A stretch of 64,000 nucleotides of DNA from Candidatus Moraniibacteriota bacterium. GTDB taxonomy: Bacteria > Patescibacteriota > Minisyncoccia > Moranbacterales > DUUL01. Below the pieces are notes generated by a model. That model made no database searches. It saw nothing but the letters and a program-made list of their open reading frames with translations, and was not told the origin of the DNA. Within the stretch, counting starts at the first letter, position 1, and every line of letters starts with the position of its first letter. Both the position numbers and the translations under genes were made by a program. Shown here in pieces: positions 49,758-59,299 of this stretch. The stretch covers positions 12,340 through 76,339 of the forward strand of contig JALVDV010000003.1 of assembly GCA_027008775.1 (NCBI GenBank). Reading direction: 5' to 3'.

Positions 49758-50345
49758 CTAACACTCCCCCTCCAGCGTGTCTAACTCCTGCTTCTTTTTC
49801 AAAATTATTTTCATCACATCGTCCACTTGCCACAACAATTCATCCATTGAACCGTTGTTGGTGATTTTAAAGTCGGCCTTGGCGCCTATTAAAGGAATAT
49901 CTTTCTCCGTTTCCGCCGTTGCCTCAAATTTTTTAAATTCTTCCAAAGTTTGCTTGTCATCGGATTTTTCCCCGCGACCAACCACTCTTTTCCATCTCAC
50001 TTCTTGATCAGCCGTCACATAAATAACATAATTATTCTTGAAGGAACGAATAAATTCCAAATCTTTCATCATCCTCATTCCATTCACGCACATTATTCCA
50101 TCGTGTTGTTCCACATAACGTCGCACTCCTTGGTGTAAAACATCTTCCCCAAAACGCTCCTTAAAAACCGAATACAGCCAAGACTGATCCTTTTTGGACG
50201 ACTTAGCAAAAAACAAATCCAAAGTTTTTTTCAAAGGCTGGCTGAAACGCAAAAGTTGCACATCATATCGCCTTTTCAAATAATGCGCCACCGTATCCTT
50301 ACCGCTTCCCGTTTCTCCCACCAGACCGATAACAATTTTTGACAT
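49758..50345 (-). CDS. P-loop NMP/dephospho-CoA-kinase-like protein, paralog of 42679-43236
   Basis: GETGSGKDT, RGEKSDD, ADFKITNNG. Confidence 0.8.
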   Translation of the reverse strand: MSKIVIGLVGETGSGKDTVAHYLKRRYDVQLLRFSQPLKKTLDLFFAKSSKKDQSWLYSVFKERFGEDVLHQGVRRYVEQHDGIMCVNGMRMMKDLEFIRSFKNNYVIYVTADQEVRWKRVVGRGEKSDDKQTLEEFKKFEATAETEKDIPLIGAKADFKITNNGSMDELLWQVDDVMKIILKKKQELDTLEGEC

Positions 50346-50641
50346 TTTCAAAAAATTATTTAGTTAACCAAAACAACAACATTATATAGTCAATAAAAAA
50401 ATAGTCAACAGCTCTCATCACTTCCTACATATCATCATCACCATCTCCAATTGCCATCCCAACCTGCCCACCATCCAAAACAAACAAAATTCAAGCAAAA
50501 AACTTCCGTCAACTGCCGGCGTAAGCAACAAAACAAAAACTTTATTTAATTCAATTTAATGTTATAATAAAAACAAGGTAGAAACTTCTTTTAAAGGACC
50601 GAGACAAACAACAAAAAATAATCACCTTAACCAAAGACATT

Positions 50642-51148
50642 ATGAACAACGAATCTAGTTTTAAACAGTATCTCGGGGGAATTTCCGTCAGTCTGGCAGT
50701 TCTATTGCTTCTTATCGGTGTCAGCAGTCACCAAGAGATATTCACCAATACTCCGGCCGAAATAGCCCAAAGTTTTCAAAAAATAAGCACGGCGCTCATC
50801 CATCGCAATCAATCCCCTCAAGAAACAAACAAGGCTCAGCAAAACATTTATCCCTTCAATGTTCAGCGTCCGGGCGATCTCATTGAAACGGAAAACAACA
50901 ATGGTTCAATAGTTTTAAAACATTACCGCGCCCTTTATGTGCCCGCTCTTGTCAATGACTTTGAGGCTCTACCCAAGTTAGAAGTGGAGGTTTTAAACAA
51001 AGGTAAAAAAGACTGGATTGAAATTCCTATCTACAAAACCGACCGTCAAAATGGTTTGGTGTACTTTCTCTTAAAAACAGAGGAAAACGGAAATAGCGAA
51101 TATGCTCAGGTTTTCACCGGCCGAGCCAGAGTACAGTTGATTAGATAA
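50642..51148 (+). CDS. hypothetical secreted or membrane-anchored protein
   Basis: N-terminal hydrophobic helix, extended -10 upstream, terminator at 51179-51209. Confidence 0.7.
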   Translation: MNNESSFKQYLGGISVSLAVLLLLIGVSSHQEIFTNTPAEIAQSFQKISTALIHRNQSPQETNKAQQNIYPFNVQRPGDLIETENNNGSIVLKHYRALYVPALVNDFEALPKLEVEVLNKGKKDWIEIPIYKTDRQNGLVYFLLKTEENGNSEYAQVFTGRARVQLIR

Positions 51149-51229
51149 AAAATTAACAAAAAAACAAAATCAACTAGCAAAAACTCCCATCAGCAAAACG
51201 GGAGTTTTTAAACGGCCAAATCAACTTTC

Positions 51230-51793
51230 TCAACGTCTTAAATCTTCCCTCTTTTGCAACTCAACAATCAACTTTCTAATTTTATCCGGATGAGGCACGT
51301 TTTTAAAAATGAACCTTCCTTTTTTTCCGGCCGTTTGAATATAAACATAACCGAAATTCAAGAGAGTCGGCAAGAAACCGTGGATTTCAGTGGTCACATC
51401 CTGCACTTTACTATGTTCCAACTCACTGACATTTCTGTTAAACAAACCCAATTGCTCAATATCAACCACCCTGTGAGTTGTTACAATCCAAACATCAAAA
51501 TAAAAGTCAACCCAAGAAATAAAAAACAAAACCCACAAAACTATTCCCACCACCAATTCCAGAAAGATAGCCAAATCGCTGTTAAAAGCGGGAAAAAAGA
51601 CAAAACCGTATTCCTGTAAAACAAAATGAACAACAACCAAAAAAATCAAGGCTATAATATAGGGCAAAAATTCGTAAAGAAACACCAACCAGTGTTGTCT
51701 AACCACCAAAATAATGTCCTCATCCGCCTTTTTGTTTTTGAAATCATAATTTTTGTAGCGCCTTTTGTACTGTAAAATTTCTTCTTTTGTCAT
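51230..51793 (-). CDS. membrane-flanked bacterial PH domain protein
   Basis: VRQHW, two TMs, WIVT..RVVDIEQ, VQDV, G.V.IQTAG. Confidence 0.85.
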   Translation of the reverse strand: MTKEEILQYKRRYKNYDFKNKKADEDIILVVRQHWLVFLYEFLPYIIALIFLVVVHFVLQEYGFVFFPAFNSDLAIFLELVVGIVLWVLFFISWVDFYFDVWIVTTHRVVDIEQLGLFNRNVSELEHSKVQDVTTEIHGFLPTLLNFGYVYIQTAGKKGRFIFKNVPHPDKIRKLIVELQKREDLRR

Positions 51794-51817
51794 TTTAAAA
51801 AAATAAAATTTATAATT

Positions 51818-52039
51818 CTATAACAAAAACTCCGCCAACAAAACCTCCCAGTCTATACGGTAAAAATAATAGACGTTCAACAATAAAAGGATTATCGCTC
51901 CGGACCACATCAAAGTTATCATAAAGCGAGCCAAGGAAGGATTCAGGCGAAAACTCAACAAATGATAGGTAATCATTACCAAGGCTCCCAAAACAGCAAC
52001 AATAAATCCCAAATAAAGTAACAACAAAATTTCCACCAT
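51818..52039 (-). CDS. small two-TM protein
   Basis: Hydrophobic ORF between ruvB and the PH gene. Confidence 0.7.
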   Translation of the reverse strand: MVEILLLLYLGFIVAVLGALVMITYHLLSFRLNPSLARFMITLMWSGAIILLLLNVYYFYRIDWEVLLAEFLL

Positions 52040-52057
52040 AAAATTGATCGTGAAAAA

Positions 52058-53068
52058 TTAATCAAAAATTTTATCTGTCTCCGGATAATCCAAATTCAAA
52101 TGTTCATAAGCTCGCCTGGTCACCATTCTTCCCCGCGGAGTTCTCTCCAAAAATCCCTTCTTCATCAAAAACGGCTCATAAACCTCTTCAATTGTCTGTG
52201 GTTCTTCCGAAAAAGCGGCCGCCAAAGTTTGCACGCCCACCGGACCGCCGGCAAATTTTTTAATCATTATGGACAACAATTCCCGATCCGCCGGCTCCAA
52301 TCCCAACTCATCAATCTCCAACATATCCAAAGCTTCCCGCGCAATCTTCCTGTCAATCACCTTTTGCTCTCTAATCTGAGCCAAATCTCTCACTCTTTTC
52401 AGCAGGCGATTGGCTATTCGGGGAGTATGCCGAGAACGCCGCGCTATCTCCCGACAACCACCCTCATCAATTTCAGCCTTTAAAATCCGACTGGATCTTT
52501 TTACAATCTGCGCAATCTCATCTTCCGAATAAAATTCCAAACGATAAATTACACCAAAACGATTTCGCAAAGGCGCCGACAACATTCCCAACCTGGTAGT
52601 CGCTCCAATTAAAGTAAATTTGGGTAACTCCAGCTGAATGGTCCGCGCCGAAGGACCCTTCCCCACAATAATATCCAAAACGCCATCCTCCATCGCCGGA
52701 TACAAAACCTCCTCCACCACCTTGCTCAAACGATGGATTTCATCCACAAACAAAATATCACCATCATTTAAATTAGTGATAATGGAACCCAAATCAGCCA
52801 CCCTTTCAATCGCCGGTCCGGAAGTGGATTTTATGCCTGCGCCCATTTCCCGCGCAATAATATGCGACAAGGTTGTTTTTCCCAACCCGGGAGAACCAAA
52901 CAATAAAACATGCTCTATCGTCTCCCCTCTTTTCTTGGCCGCCTCAATCAAAATCTTTAAATTATTTTTCACTTTCTCCTGCCCAACATATTCGGCAAAA
53001 TTCAAAGGCCGCAGAGTGGTTTCCAACTGCTCTTCCTCCTGATCAACTCGCTTGTTTGAAGTTAACAT
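52058..53068 (-). CDS. ruvB: Holliday junction branch migration helicase
   Basis: [38 protein letters not shown]. Confidence 0.97.
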   Translation of the reverse strand: MLTSNKRVDQEEEQLETTLRPLNFAEYVGQEKVKNNLKILIEAAKKRGETIEHVLLFGSPGLGKTTLSHIIAREMGAGIKSTSGPAIERVADLGSIITNLNDGDILFVDEIHRLSKVVEEVLYPAMEDGVLDIIVGKGPSARTIQLELPKFTLIGATTRLGMLSAPLRNRFGVIYRLEFYSEDEIAQIVKRSSRILKAEIDEGGCREIARRSRHTPRIANRLLKRVRDLAQIREQKVIDRKIAREALDMLEIDELGLEPADRELLSIMIKKFAGGPVGVQTLAAAFSEEPQTIEEVYEPFLMKKGFLERTPRGRMVTRRAYEHLNLDYPETDKIFD

Positions 53069-53086
53069 TTTCTTAAATCAAAAAGC

Positions 53087-53115
53087 TTGACAAATTTAAA
53101 CAATATTGCTATAAT
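53087..53115 (+). promoter_or_regulatory. consensus sigma70 promoter facing a non-coding region
   Basis: TTGACA-17-TATAAT with TG extension. Confidence 0.85.
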
Positions 53116-53222
53116 GACACGTCTTGTTGTTAACGCTCATCTTAAGAAGCCGCAATTAGACAAGACATACCGGTTCTCAATATCATTTTCAGTATACAAC
53201 AGAAAAGCTCTTTTCACAAAGC

Positions 53223-53383
53223 ATTATTGGCATCCGCCTGTAGACAAGGGGAAAATATATCTGGTCCCGAGGGATTAATTCCTAGTCTAGATCAACCCAG
53301 TTTCGGCTTGGTTGTTTCTCAGAATTAATCCTGATTCGTATATACCATATACGAACATTGTCTACAGACTGATGAACAGTAAT
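53223..53383 (+). ncRNA. candidate 6S-like rod-shaped RNA
   Basis: CTGTAGACAA/TTGTCTACAG, GGATTAATTC/GAATTAATCC, UUCG apical loop, central bubble with hairpins. Confidence 0.6.
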
Positions 53384-53886
53384 CATTTTTTCCTCACAAA
53401 CTTAACATCATTTTTCTCCGAATCATAAACGGCAAAACTAACCAAAGAATTCGGATACAAAGCCAATTTTCCCGGATTAACTGTCAGAGTATCTCCCCGA
53501 TACTCTTTTTTTTGTTCGTGCGTGTGTCCGTAAAAAACCGCCCGATACTTACCGGACAAAGCGGCATTTTCCGCCAACAAAGGATAGTGGGTGATAAAAT
53601 ACCTTTCTCCCGCCAATTCCACTTCGGCAAAAACTCCTTTTTTAAAATGAATGGAATTGTTCTTGTCAGCCAAAACCGCTTTAAACATGGCCACTTTATC
53701 TCCGTCATTATTTCCCCAAACGGCTGTCACCGGCACCCCGACCAAACCCAACCTCTCCACTATATAAGGACTACAGTAATCACCCAAAGCAAAAACATGT
53801 TCCACTTGTTCCCGACGCATTTCCTCCAAAGCCCACTGCAAATTGGCCACTTGGTCATGAATATCGGAAATAATTGCAATTTTCAT
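53383..53886 (-). CDS. YfcE-family metallophosphoesterase
   Basis: SDIHD, LGD, GNND, GHTH, NPG. Confidence 0.92.
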   Translation of the reverse strand: MKIAIISDIHDQVANLQWALEEMRREQVEHVFALGDYCSPYIVERLGLVGVPVTAVWGNNDGDKVAMFKAVLADKNNSIHFKKGVFAEVELAGERYFITHYPLLAENAALSGKYRAVFYGHTHEQKKEYRGDTLTVNPGKLALYPNSLVSFAVYDSEKNDVKFVRKK

Positions 53887-53979
53887 AATAAAGTAATTTA
53901 AATTTGTTAATACTTTTTATCAAATTTTATATATCTTTACATATTCCAACCGGGCAAACAATCAAAATCTACAAATCGG

Positions 53980-54927
53980 CTACTTTATCTCCTCAATTTT
54001 TACTTCAATCACTCCCGCGCCCAGAGGCGCCAGCTTTCGGAAAGCCTCCTTGTCCAAATCCAAAATTTTTCCGCTACTGGGGTCGGGACCGTAATCGTTA
54101 ACCTGCACAAAAATTTGTTTGCCACTGTTCACCGCCGTCACTCGTAACCAAGTCCCCTTGGGAAAAGTGGTAGAAGCGGCCGCCATTTTACCGGTATAGG
54201 CATACCAGCTGGCCAATCCCCTCTGCACCCGTCCAATCTTAATCTTGGTCCCCACCACCACAATTTCATCCACCGGCTTTTTCAAAATTCGCGTAGCCAA
54301 TTTCTTTCTCGCCACCTCCTTGCCGTTATGATAAACAACCAGATATTTCACTTCCCTTTTTCCCTTTTCACCGGCGCGTTTCACTTTTCTCACTCCCCAT
54401 TTCAACTTCTTGTCCTTTTTCTCAATGGTCTTAAAATCAATTTCTTTGATTTCGGTAACCTCCTTGCGTTCCACCCGAGTCACTGTAACTTTCACATTTT
54501 CAAAAATAAAGCTATCCAAAGATGGTTCCACCTTATCAAAAGGACCCAAAGTTAAGCCGACTTCCCTCAAAACATTTTCCACTCGGCGAGACAAAACTCT
54601 AACTTTTCTCTCCTTTCCATCCGCTTCTATCACCACCGGAACAGACCGCCGTAAAAAAATTCTTTCCCCTCCTCGCAGACTAGCCGATAAACCAGGATAA
54701 ACTTCATCCTTTTCATCAAGTTGCCAACCGATTTCCGCCAAAACATTTTTAACCGTTTTCTTATCGGTTCTCCAACTAAGCAATTGAAAACCATCCACTA
54801 CCACAACCACTTCTTTGTTTTGAGGAAAATAATTTCCTACGCTTCTTTTCCAACAAAAAGAGCTTTCTCGCCAACAAAACAAAAACACCCCCGCCAAAAT
54901 AACTGACCACAACACCACTTTTTTCAT
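53980..54927 (-). CDS. DUF348-G5-DPBB (RlpA-like) cell-wall lytic protein
   Basis: Signal/TM, two ubiquitin-like repeats, G5 (VVVGTK), GLASWY...VNDYGP...LDL...AF. Confidence 0.85.
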   Translation of the reverse strand: MKKVVLWSVILAGVFLFCWRESSFCWKRSVGNYFPQNKEVVVVVDGFQLLSWRTDKKTVKNVLAEIGWQLDEKDEVYPGLSASLRGGERIFLRRSVPVVIEADGKERKVRVLSRRVENVLREVGLTLGPFDKVEPSLDSFIFENVKVTVTRVERKEVTEIKEIDFKTIEKKDKKLKWGVRKVKRAGEKGKREVKYLVVYHNGKEVARKKLATRILKKPVDEIVVVGTKIKIGRVQRGLASWYAYTGKMAAASTTFPKGTWLRVTAVNSGKQIFVQVNDYGPDPSSGKILDLDKEAFRKLAPLGAGVIEVKIEEIK

Positions 54928-55056
54928 CAGCAAAACTTAGTAAAATTAACAATTCAAGACTCTCACAATCCTAACCCCCTTATATTTCTAATATTTCCCA
55001 CCAATCTAACACCTCTCGTAACCGCAAACATTCACCTCCATCCCCCCTCAAGACAA

Positions 55057-57369
55057 CTAAACCTTTTTCAATTCAACTACCGCTTTGGCCAACTTTTTTA
55101 CACCCACTCCCGCAAAAGCCACCGTTACAAGCTCTTCATCCACTGAAACCACAATTCCTTCGCCAAAATATTTGTGCTTCACTTTATCGCCATCTCGCCA
55201 GGCATCATTTATTTTTCTTTTCTTTTCCGCCTGTCGTTGTTCTTTTTTCTTTTGCGCTAAACCGGATTCTCGCCAAAAAATCGGCTTCCTTTTGAAAGAA
55301 TTCTCCTCTTCTTTTTCATAAATAAATTCGGAGTCCTCCTCATCTTCTTCCGTCAGTCTCTCTTCCAACAATTCCTTATCAATTTCCTCAATAAACCGAG
55401 AAACCAAGCTTGTTTGTCTGGAGCCGTAAATAGCTCTTTCTCGCGTGTAAAGCAAATACAATTTCTCCTTAGCGCGCGTAATGGCCACATAACACAGACG
55501 ACGCTCCTCTTCCATTTCTTTTTCCTCAAAGCCGGCCTGGGAGTGGGGAAATAAACCTTCTTCCATCCCCACCACAAAAACCACTTTAAATTCCAATCCT
55601 TTGGCGCTATGGATAGTCATTAAAGGCACCACCGACTTGGCATTTAAATCACGATCGGTCTGAGAAATTAAAGTCACATCTTCCAAAAATTTCCTCAAGA
55701 CTGCTCGTCGCCGTTCCGCTTCATCAACTTTCACCGACCGACTGCTTGGCAAATCCAAATCATCCAATTCCAGGTTGTCATAACTCTCCGCCACCGTCAA
55801 TAATTCCAAAATATTTTCCTGTCGCCCCAGACCCTCGTCACCCATATTCGCTAAAGAAGCCTCATATCCACTCTCCCGATAAAGATCCTCAACCAGACTT
55901 TTCAAAGATTTTTGGCCGGCCCTCTTTTTTAAATTTAAAATCAATTCGGCAAACTGTCGTAAAACCACCAATTTGCTTGCCGGCAAATTCAACTTCCCTT
56001 CCAGCGACAACCGCTCTAAATTTTGCAGAACCTGCAAAACATCACCGCCATACTCTTCCGCCGCCAACAAAATTTTTTCCACTGTCTTAACACCCAGCCC
56101 GCGCTTCGGTTCATTGATAATCCGCAATAAGCTAACTTTATCTTTGGGATTTTCCAAAAAGTAAAGATAGGCAACAATATCCTTGATTTCCTTGCGTTGA
56201 TAAAAACGCAAACCACCCACAATCTTGTAAGGTAAACCAAATTTCATAAAGTACTCTTCCAAAACACGAGACTGGGCATTCGTTCTGTATAAAACCGCCA
56301 TTTCTTCAAAGCCGATTCCCTCTTCTTTGTTTAATTTTTCTATCTCCTCCACCACCAGTCGCGCTTCATCCTCCTCATCGTCGGCGCAATGCAAAACAAT
56401 TTTTTCTCCTTCCTTTTTCTCCGTCCACAATTTTTTTCGCTTTTGCCATTTATTGTTTCTAATCACCGAATCGGCCGCATCCAAAATGATTTGTGTACTG
56501 CGATAATTCTGCTCCAATAAAATTACTTTGGCCTCCGGATAATCTCTTTCAAAATTTAGGATATTTTCAATGTCCGCTCCGCGCCAGCGATAAACCGATT
56601 GATAATCATCTCCCACCACGCAAAGATTACGATATTTTTCCGCCAACAACTTCAGTAATCTGTACTGCGCCCTATTCGTATCCTGATACTCATCCACCAT
56701 CAAATAGCGGAAAATTTCCTGATATTTTTCCAAAACCTTGGGAAAAGTTTCAAAAAGCTCAACTGTTTTCATTATCAAATCATCAAAATCCAAAGCGTCG
56801 GCTTTTTTCAATTCCGCTTGATATTTTTTAAAAATCTTAGCCAACAACTCCTCCTTGTAATTTTCCACCGTCCGTCCGTAATCTGCCGGCGTCCACAATT
56901 TATTCTTGGCGGAAGAAATCACCGCCGTTGCCAAGCCAACCTTTACCTCCTTGTCTGAAATAGACAACTCTTTCATCACTCTCTTTAGCAGAGCTTTTTG
57001 GTCTTGGTCGTCATAAATCACAAAATTTTTCTTGTAACCCAAATATTCAATCTCTTTCCGCAAAATCCTGACACAAACGGAGTGAAACGTTCCCAAAACC
57101 GGCAACAGAGAAGAATAAAACCCCGCTTCCTCGGCAACACCTAATAATCGCCTCACCCTCTCCGCCATTTCTCCGGCCGCTTTGTTGGTAAAAGTGACCG
57201 CCAAAATATTTTGCGGATTCACTTTTTTTTCTTTAATCAGATAAGCAATTCTATGGGTCAGCGTTCTGGTTTTGCCGGAACCGGCGCCGGCCAAAATCAA
57301 AACCGGCCCTTCGGTTTGCAAAACCGCCTCTCGTTGTTTATCATTCAATTCCCGCAACAAATCACTCAT
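55057..57369 (-). CDS. pcrA: ATP-dependent DNA helicase PcrA/UvrD
   Basis: AGAGSGKT, DEYQD, QNYRS, TIHSAKGLEF, EERRLCYVAITRA. Confidence 0.95.
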   Translation of the reverse strand: MSDLLRELNDKQREAVLQTEGPVLILAGAGSGKTRTLTHRIAYLIKEKKVNPQNILAVTFTNKAAGEMAERVRRLLGVAEEAGFYSSLLPVLGTFHSVCVRILRKEIEYLGYKKNFVIYDDQDQKALLKRVMKELSISDKEVKVGLATAVISSAKNKLWTPADYGRTVENYKEELLAKIFKKYQAELKKADALDFDDLIMKTVELFETFPKVLEKYQEIFRYLMVDEYQDTNRAQYRLLKLLAEKYRNLCVVGDDYQSVYRWRGADIENILNFERDYPEAKVILLEQNYRSTQIILDAADSVIRNNKWQKRKKLWTEKKEGEKIVLHCADDEEDEARLVVEEIEKLNKEEGIGFEEMAVLYRTNAQSRVLEEYFMKFGLPYKIVGGLRFYQRKEIKDIVAYLYFLENPKDKVSLLRIINEPKRGLGVKTVEKILLAAEEYGGDVLQVLQNLERLSLEGKLNLPASKLVVLRQFAELILNLKKRAGQKSLKSLVEDLYRESGYEASLANMGDEGLGRQENILELLTVAESYDNLELDDLDLPSSRSVKVDEAERRRAVLRKFLEDVTLISQTDRDLNAKSVVPLMTIHSAKGLEFKVVFVVGMEEGLFPHSQAGFEEKEMEEERRLCYVAITRAKEKLYLLYTRERAIYGSRQTSLVSRFIEEIDKELLEERLTEEDEEDSEFIYEKEEENSFKRKPIFWRESGLAQKKKEQRQAEKKRKINDAWRDGDKVKHKYFGEGIVVSVDEELVTVAFAGVGVKKLAKAVVELKKV

Positions 57370-57510
57370 TTTAATAGCTAAGATAAAGACTAAGCAAACT
57401 CCATTTTAGCACAACTCCTCTCGCCCACCAACCGTTGCCATTTCCACAAAATTGTGCTTAACTAACAGTAAACAAGTTCTTTTCAATTAAAAAACAAGGG
57501 GGACAAGAAA

Positions 57511-57738
57511 ATGGAGCAGTTTATAACAGAAAATCTTACCAAAATTTCTTTTGGCCTAACTATTTGGCTTTTCAGTTTTTTTTCTATTTATTTATTTCTG
57601 AATAAAAAAGAGATTATTACAATTCCCAACTATCAATACCCTATCGCAATAAGTTATACGCTCCTGGCAAGATTTATTATAGCGCTGACAGCAGGAGCAA
57701 TCCTTGCCACATTTTTTATCTTCCTATTTATCAAATAA
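57511..57738 (+). CDS. small two-TM hypothetical protein
   Basis: GGGGG SD-like leader; terminator GTGGAGCC/GGCTCCAC-T6 at 57760-57786. Confidence 0.6.
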   Translation: MEQFITENLTKISFGLTIWLFSFFSIYLFLNKKEIITIPNYQYPIAISYTLLARFIIALTAGAILATFFIFLFIK

Positions 57739-58003
57739 ATTGGATAATTTGTAGCTTTCAGTGGAGCCTCAAGGCTCCACTTTTTTATAAATCAAGACCC
57801 GACATTCACAAAATCGCAAAGGTCTGCTCTTTATCATCCGGCCAAATTTGTGTAACAAGTTGGCAAAAAGCAAATATCTGATTGACAAAAATTACCATTT
57901 GATTTACACTCAGTCGTTAATCAAGCGCTGTTTTTTAACAAGAAACAAACGCTTGATTACAGCACATTGAACAAAAAAAACCTAAAAAAGGAGGAAACAA
58001 AAA

Positions 58004-58405
58004 ATGGCCTGGATTTACACCTTTTTGACCGCCCTTGGCTTCGGCGGTTGGCCACTAGTGGTCAGGGAGTCGTCAGCTCCCCCGTTGACAACCTCAATTT
58101 TTGTTTTAATCGGCACCTTGGTGCCGCTGATTGCTCTGACATTTTCGGGTATGGAGATTTCCATTAGTGCCCGGTCGCTCATCCGGCCTTTGCTGGCCGG
58201 AATGCTTAATGGAGCAGGATTTATCGCTTATGTCCTGCTCTGTGTGAAGAAGGAATGGGCGCCAACTTTTGTGCCCATTTCCCTAGTCTTAATGGTTCTC
58301 GTCGTAACCATCGGCGGAACCATTTTCTACGGAGACAAATTAAATACCGGTAAAATTTCCGGTATTATTCTATCTCTGGCAGCCGTTTGGCTACTGGCAA
58401 AATAA
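58004..58405 (+). CDS. EamA/DMT-like membrane protein
   Basis: AAGGAGG SD, five TMs, C-terminal G.KL...KI.GI.L pattern. Confidence 0.7.
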   Translation: MAWIYTFLTALGFGGWPLVVRESSAPPLTTSIFVLIGTLVPLIALTFSGMEISISARSLIRPLLAGMLNGAGFIAYVLLCVKKEWAPTFVPISLVLMVLVVTIGGTIFYGDKLNTGKISGIILSLAAVWLLAK

Positions 58406-58418
58406 AAAAGGAGGGATT

Positions 58419-58904
58419 ATGGACGAAAAAAATCTTGTAGCTGAAAAATTTATTTTAGAAAGGGAGGAAATACTGGACATCCTCCCTTTTGCCCCGGAAT
58501 GGGTTATCCCGAATCGGATATCCAAAAGATATAAATATCCAGTTACCGGGGAAGTAATAGGGCTGTCCGCCGAGCAAAGGGTGGACGGCTCCGCCTGGTG
58601 GACCAAAATGCATTTCCCCGGGAACCCGGTTTTTCCCGGGGTGTTAATGCTGGAAGGCCTCAATCAGGTGGCCGGCATCCTTCTCTTTTTAACATCACAA
58701 GAGAGAAGGAAAGGAATACCGCCGGTCTTCTTCACCGGTTTCGGGAACGGCTTAATCAAAAAACAGGCCGTTCCCGGAGACACGGTGAAATATACCGTTT
58801 GGAAATTGCGCCAGCGTTTCCGAACGGTAAAGTTTGTTGGACAAGTAAAAATAGAAGGAAAAAAGGCAATGGAAACAAGCATTAGTTTAACCATCGCCGA
58901 ATAA
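58419..58904 (+). CDS. FabZ/FabA-like hotdog-fold dehydratase
   Basis: HFPGNPVFPGVLMLEGLNQ, VPGD. Confidence 0.82.
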   Translation: MDEKNLVAEKFILEREEILDILPFAPEWVIPNRISKRYKYPVTGEVIGLSAEQRVDGSAWWTKMHFPGNPVFPGVLMLEGLNQVAGILLFLTSQERRKGIPPVFFTGFGNGLIKKQAVPGDTVKYTVWKLRQRFRTVKFVGQVKIEGKKAMETSISLTIAE

Positions 58905-58908
58905 AAAC

Positions 58909-58945
58909 AAAGCGACTCATTGCCAACCGGCGATAAGTCGCTTTT
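58909..58945. terminator. bidirectional terminator between the FabZ-like gene and tRNA-Leu
   Basis: AAAGCGACT / AGTCGCTTTT. Confidence 0.7.
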
Positions 58946-58982
58946 AAAATTTGACAAAACAATTTTTTATCAGAAACAACTT

Positions 58983-59065
58983 TGGTGGGGATGGTGGGAC
59001 TCGAACCCACACGCCGAAGCACTAGTTCCTAAGACTAGCGTGTCTACCAATTTCACCACATCCCC
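58983..59065 (-). tRNA. tRNA-Leu(TAG)
   Basis: CTAGT-CTTAGGA-ACTAG, variable arm, encoded CCA. Confidence 0.95.
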
Positions 59066-59081
59066 AAAAAACATTTCATCT

Positions 59082-59169
59082 TGGCGGAGAGACTGGGATT
59101 CGAACCCAGGGAGGCTTACGCCTCAACGGTTTTCAAGACCGTCGCATTCGACCACTCTGCCATCTCTCC
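59082..59169 (-). tRNA. tRNA-Ser(TGA)
   Basis: ACGGT-CTTGAAA-ACCGT, long variable arm, G73 and encoded CCA. Confidence 0.95.
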
Positions 59170-59299
59170 TTCAATTTCTAGAATCAACCGGGCTATCCCA
59201 GGTTTTTCCGCCCTAGGCGGACCAGCCTCGGGCTGGCAAGACCGCAAAACAACAAACTCCAAACTGCGTCCTAAATTGTCAAATTGCTACCCAACCGAT

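Noticed and set aside
53369-53375. Hammerhead ribozyme (CTGATGA)
   Set aside because: No following stem II and GAAA core; the bases pair in the closing stem of the rod RNA.
57400-59065. Integrated prophage or island at tRNA-Leu
   Set aside because: No integrase, phage genes or duplicated tRNA 3' end found.
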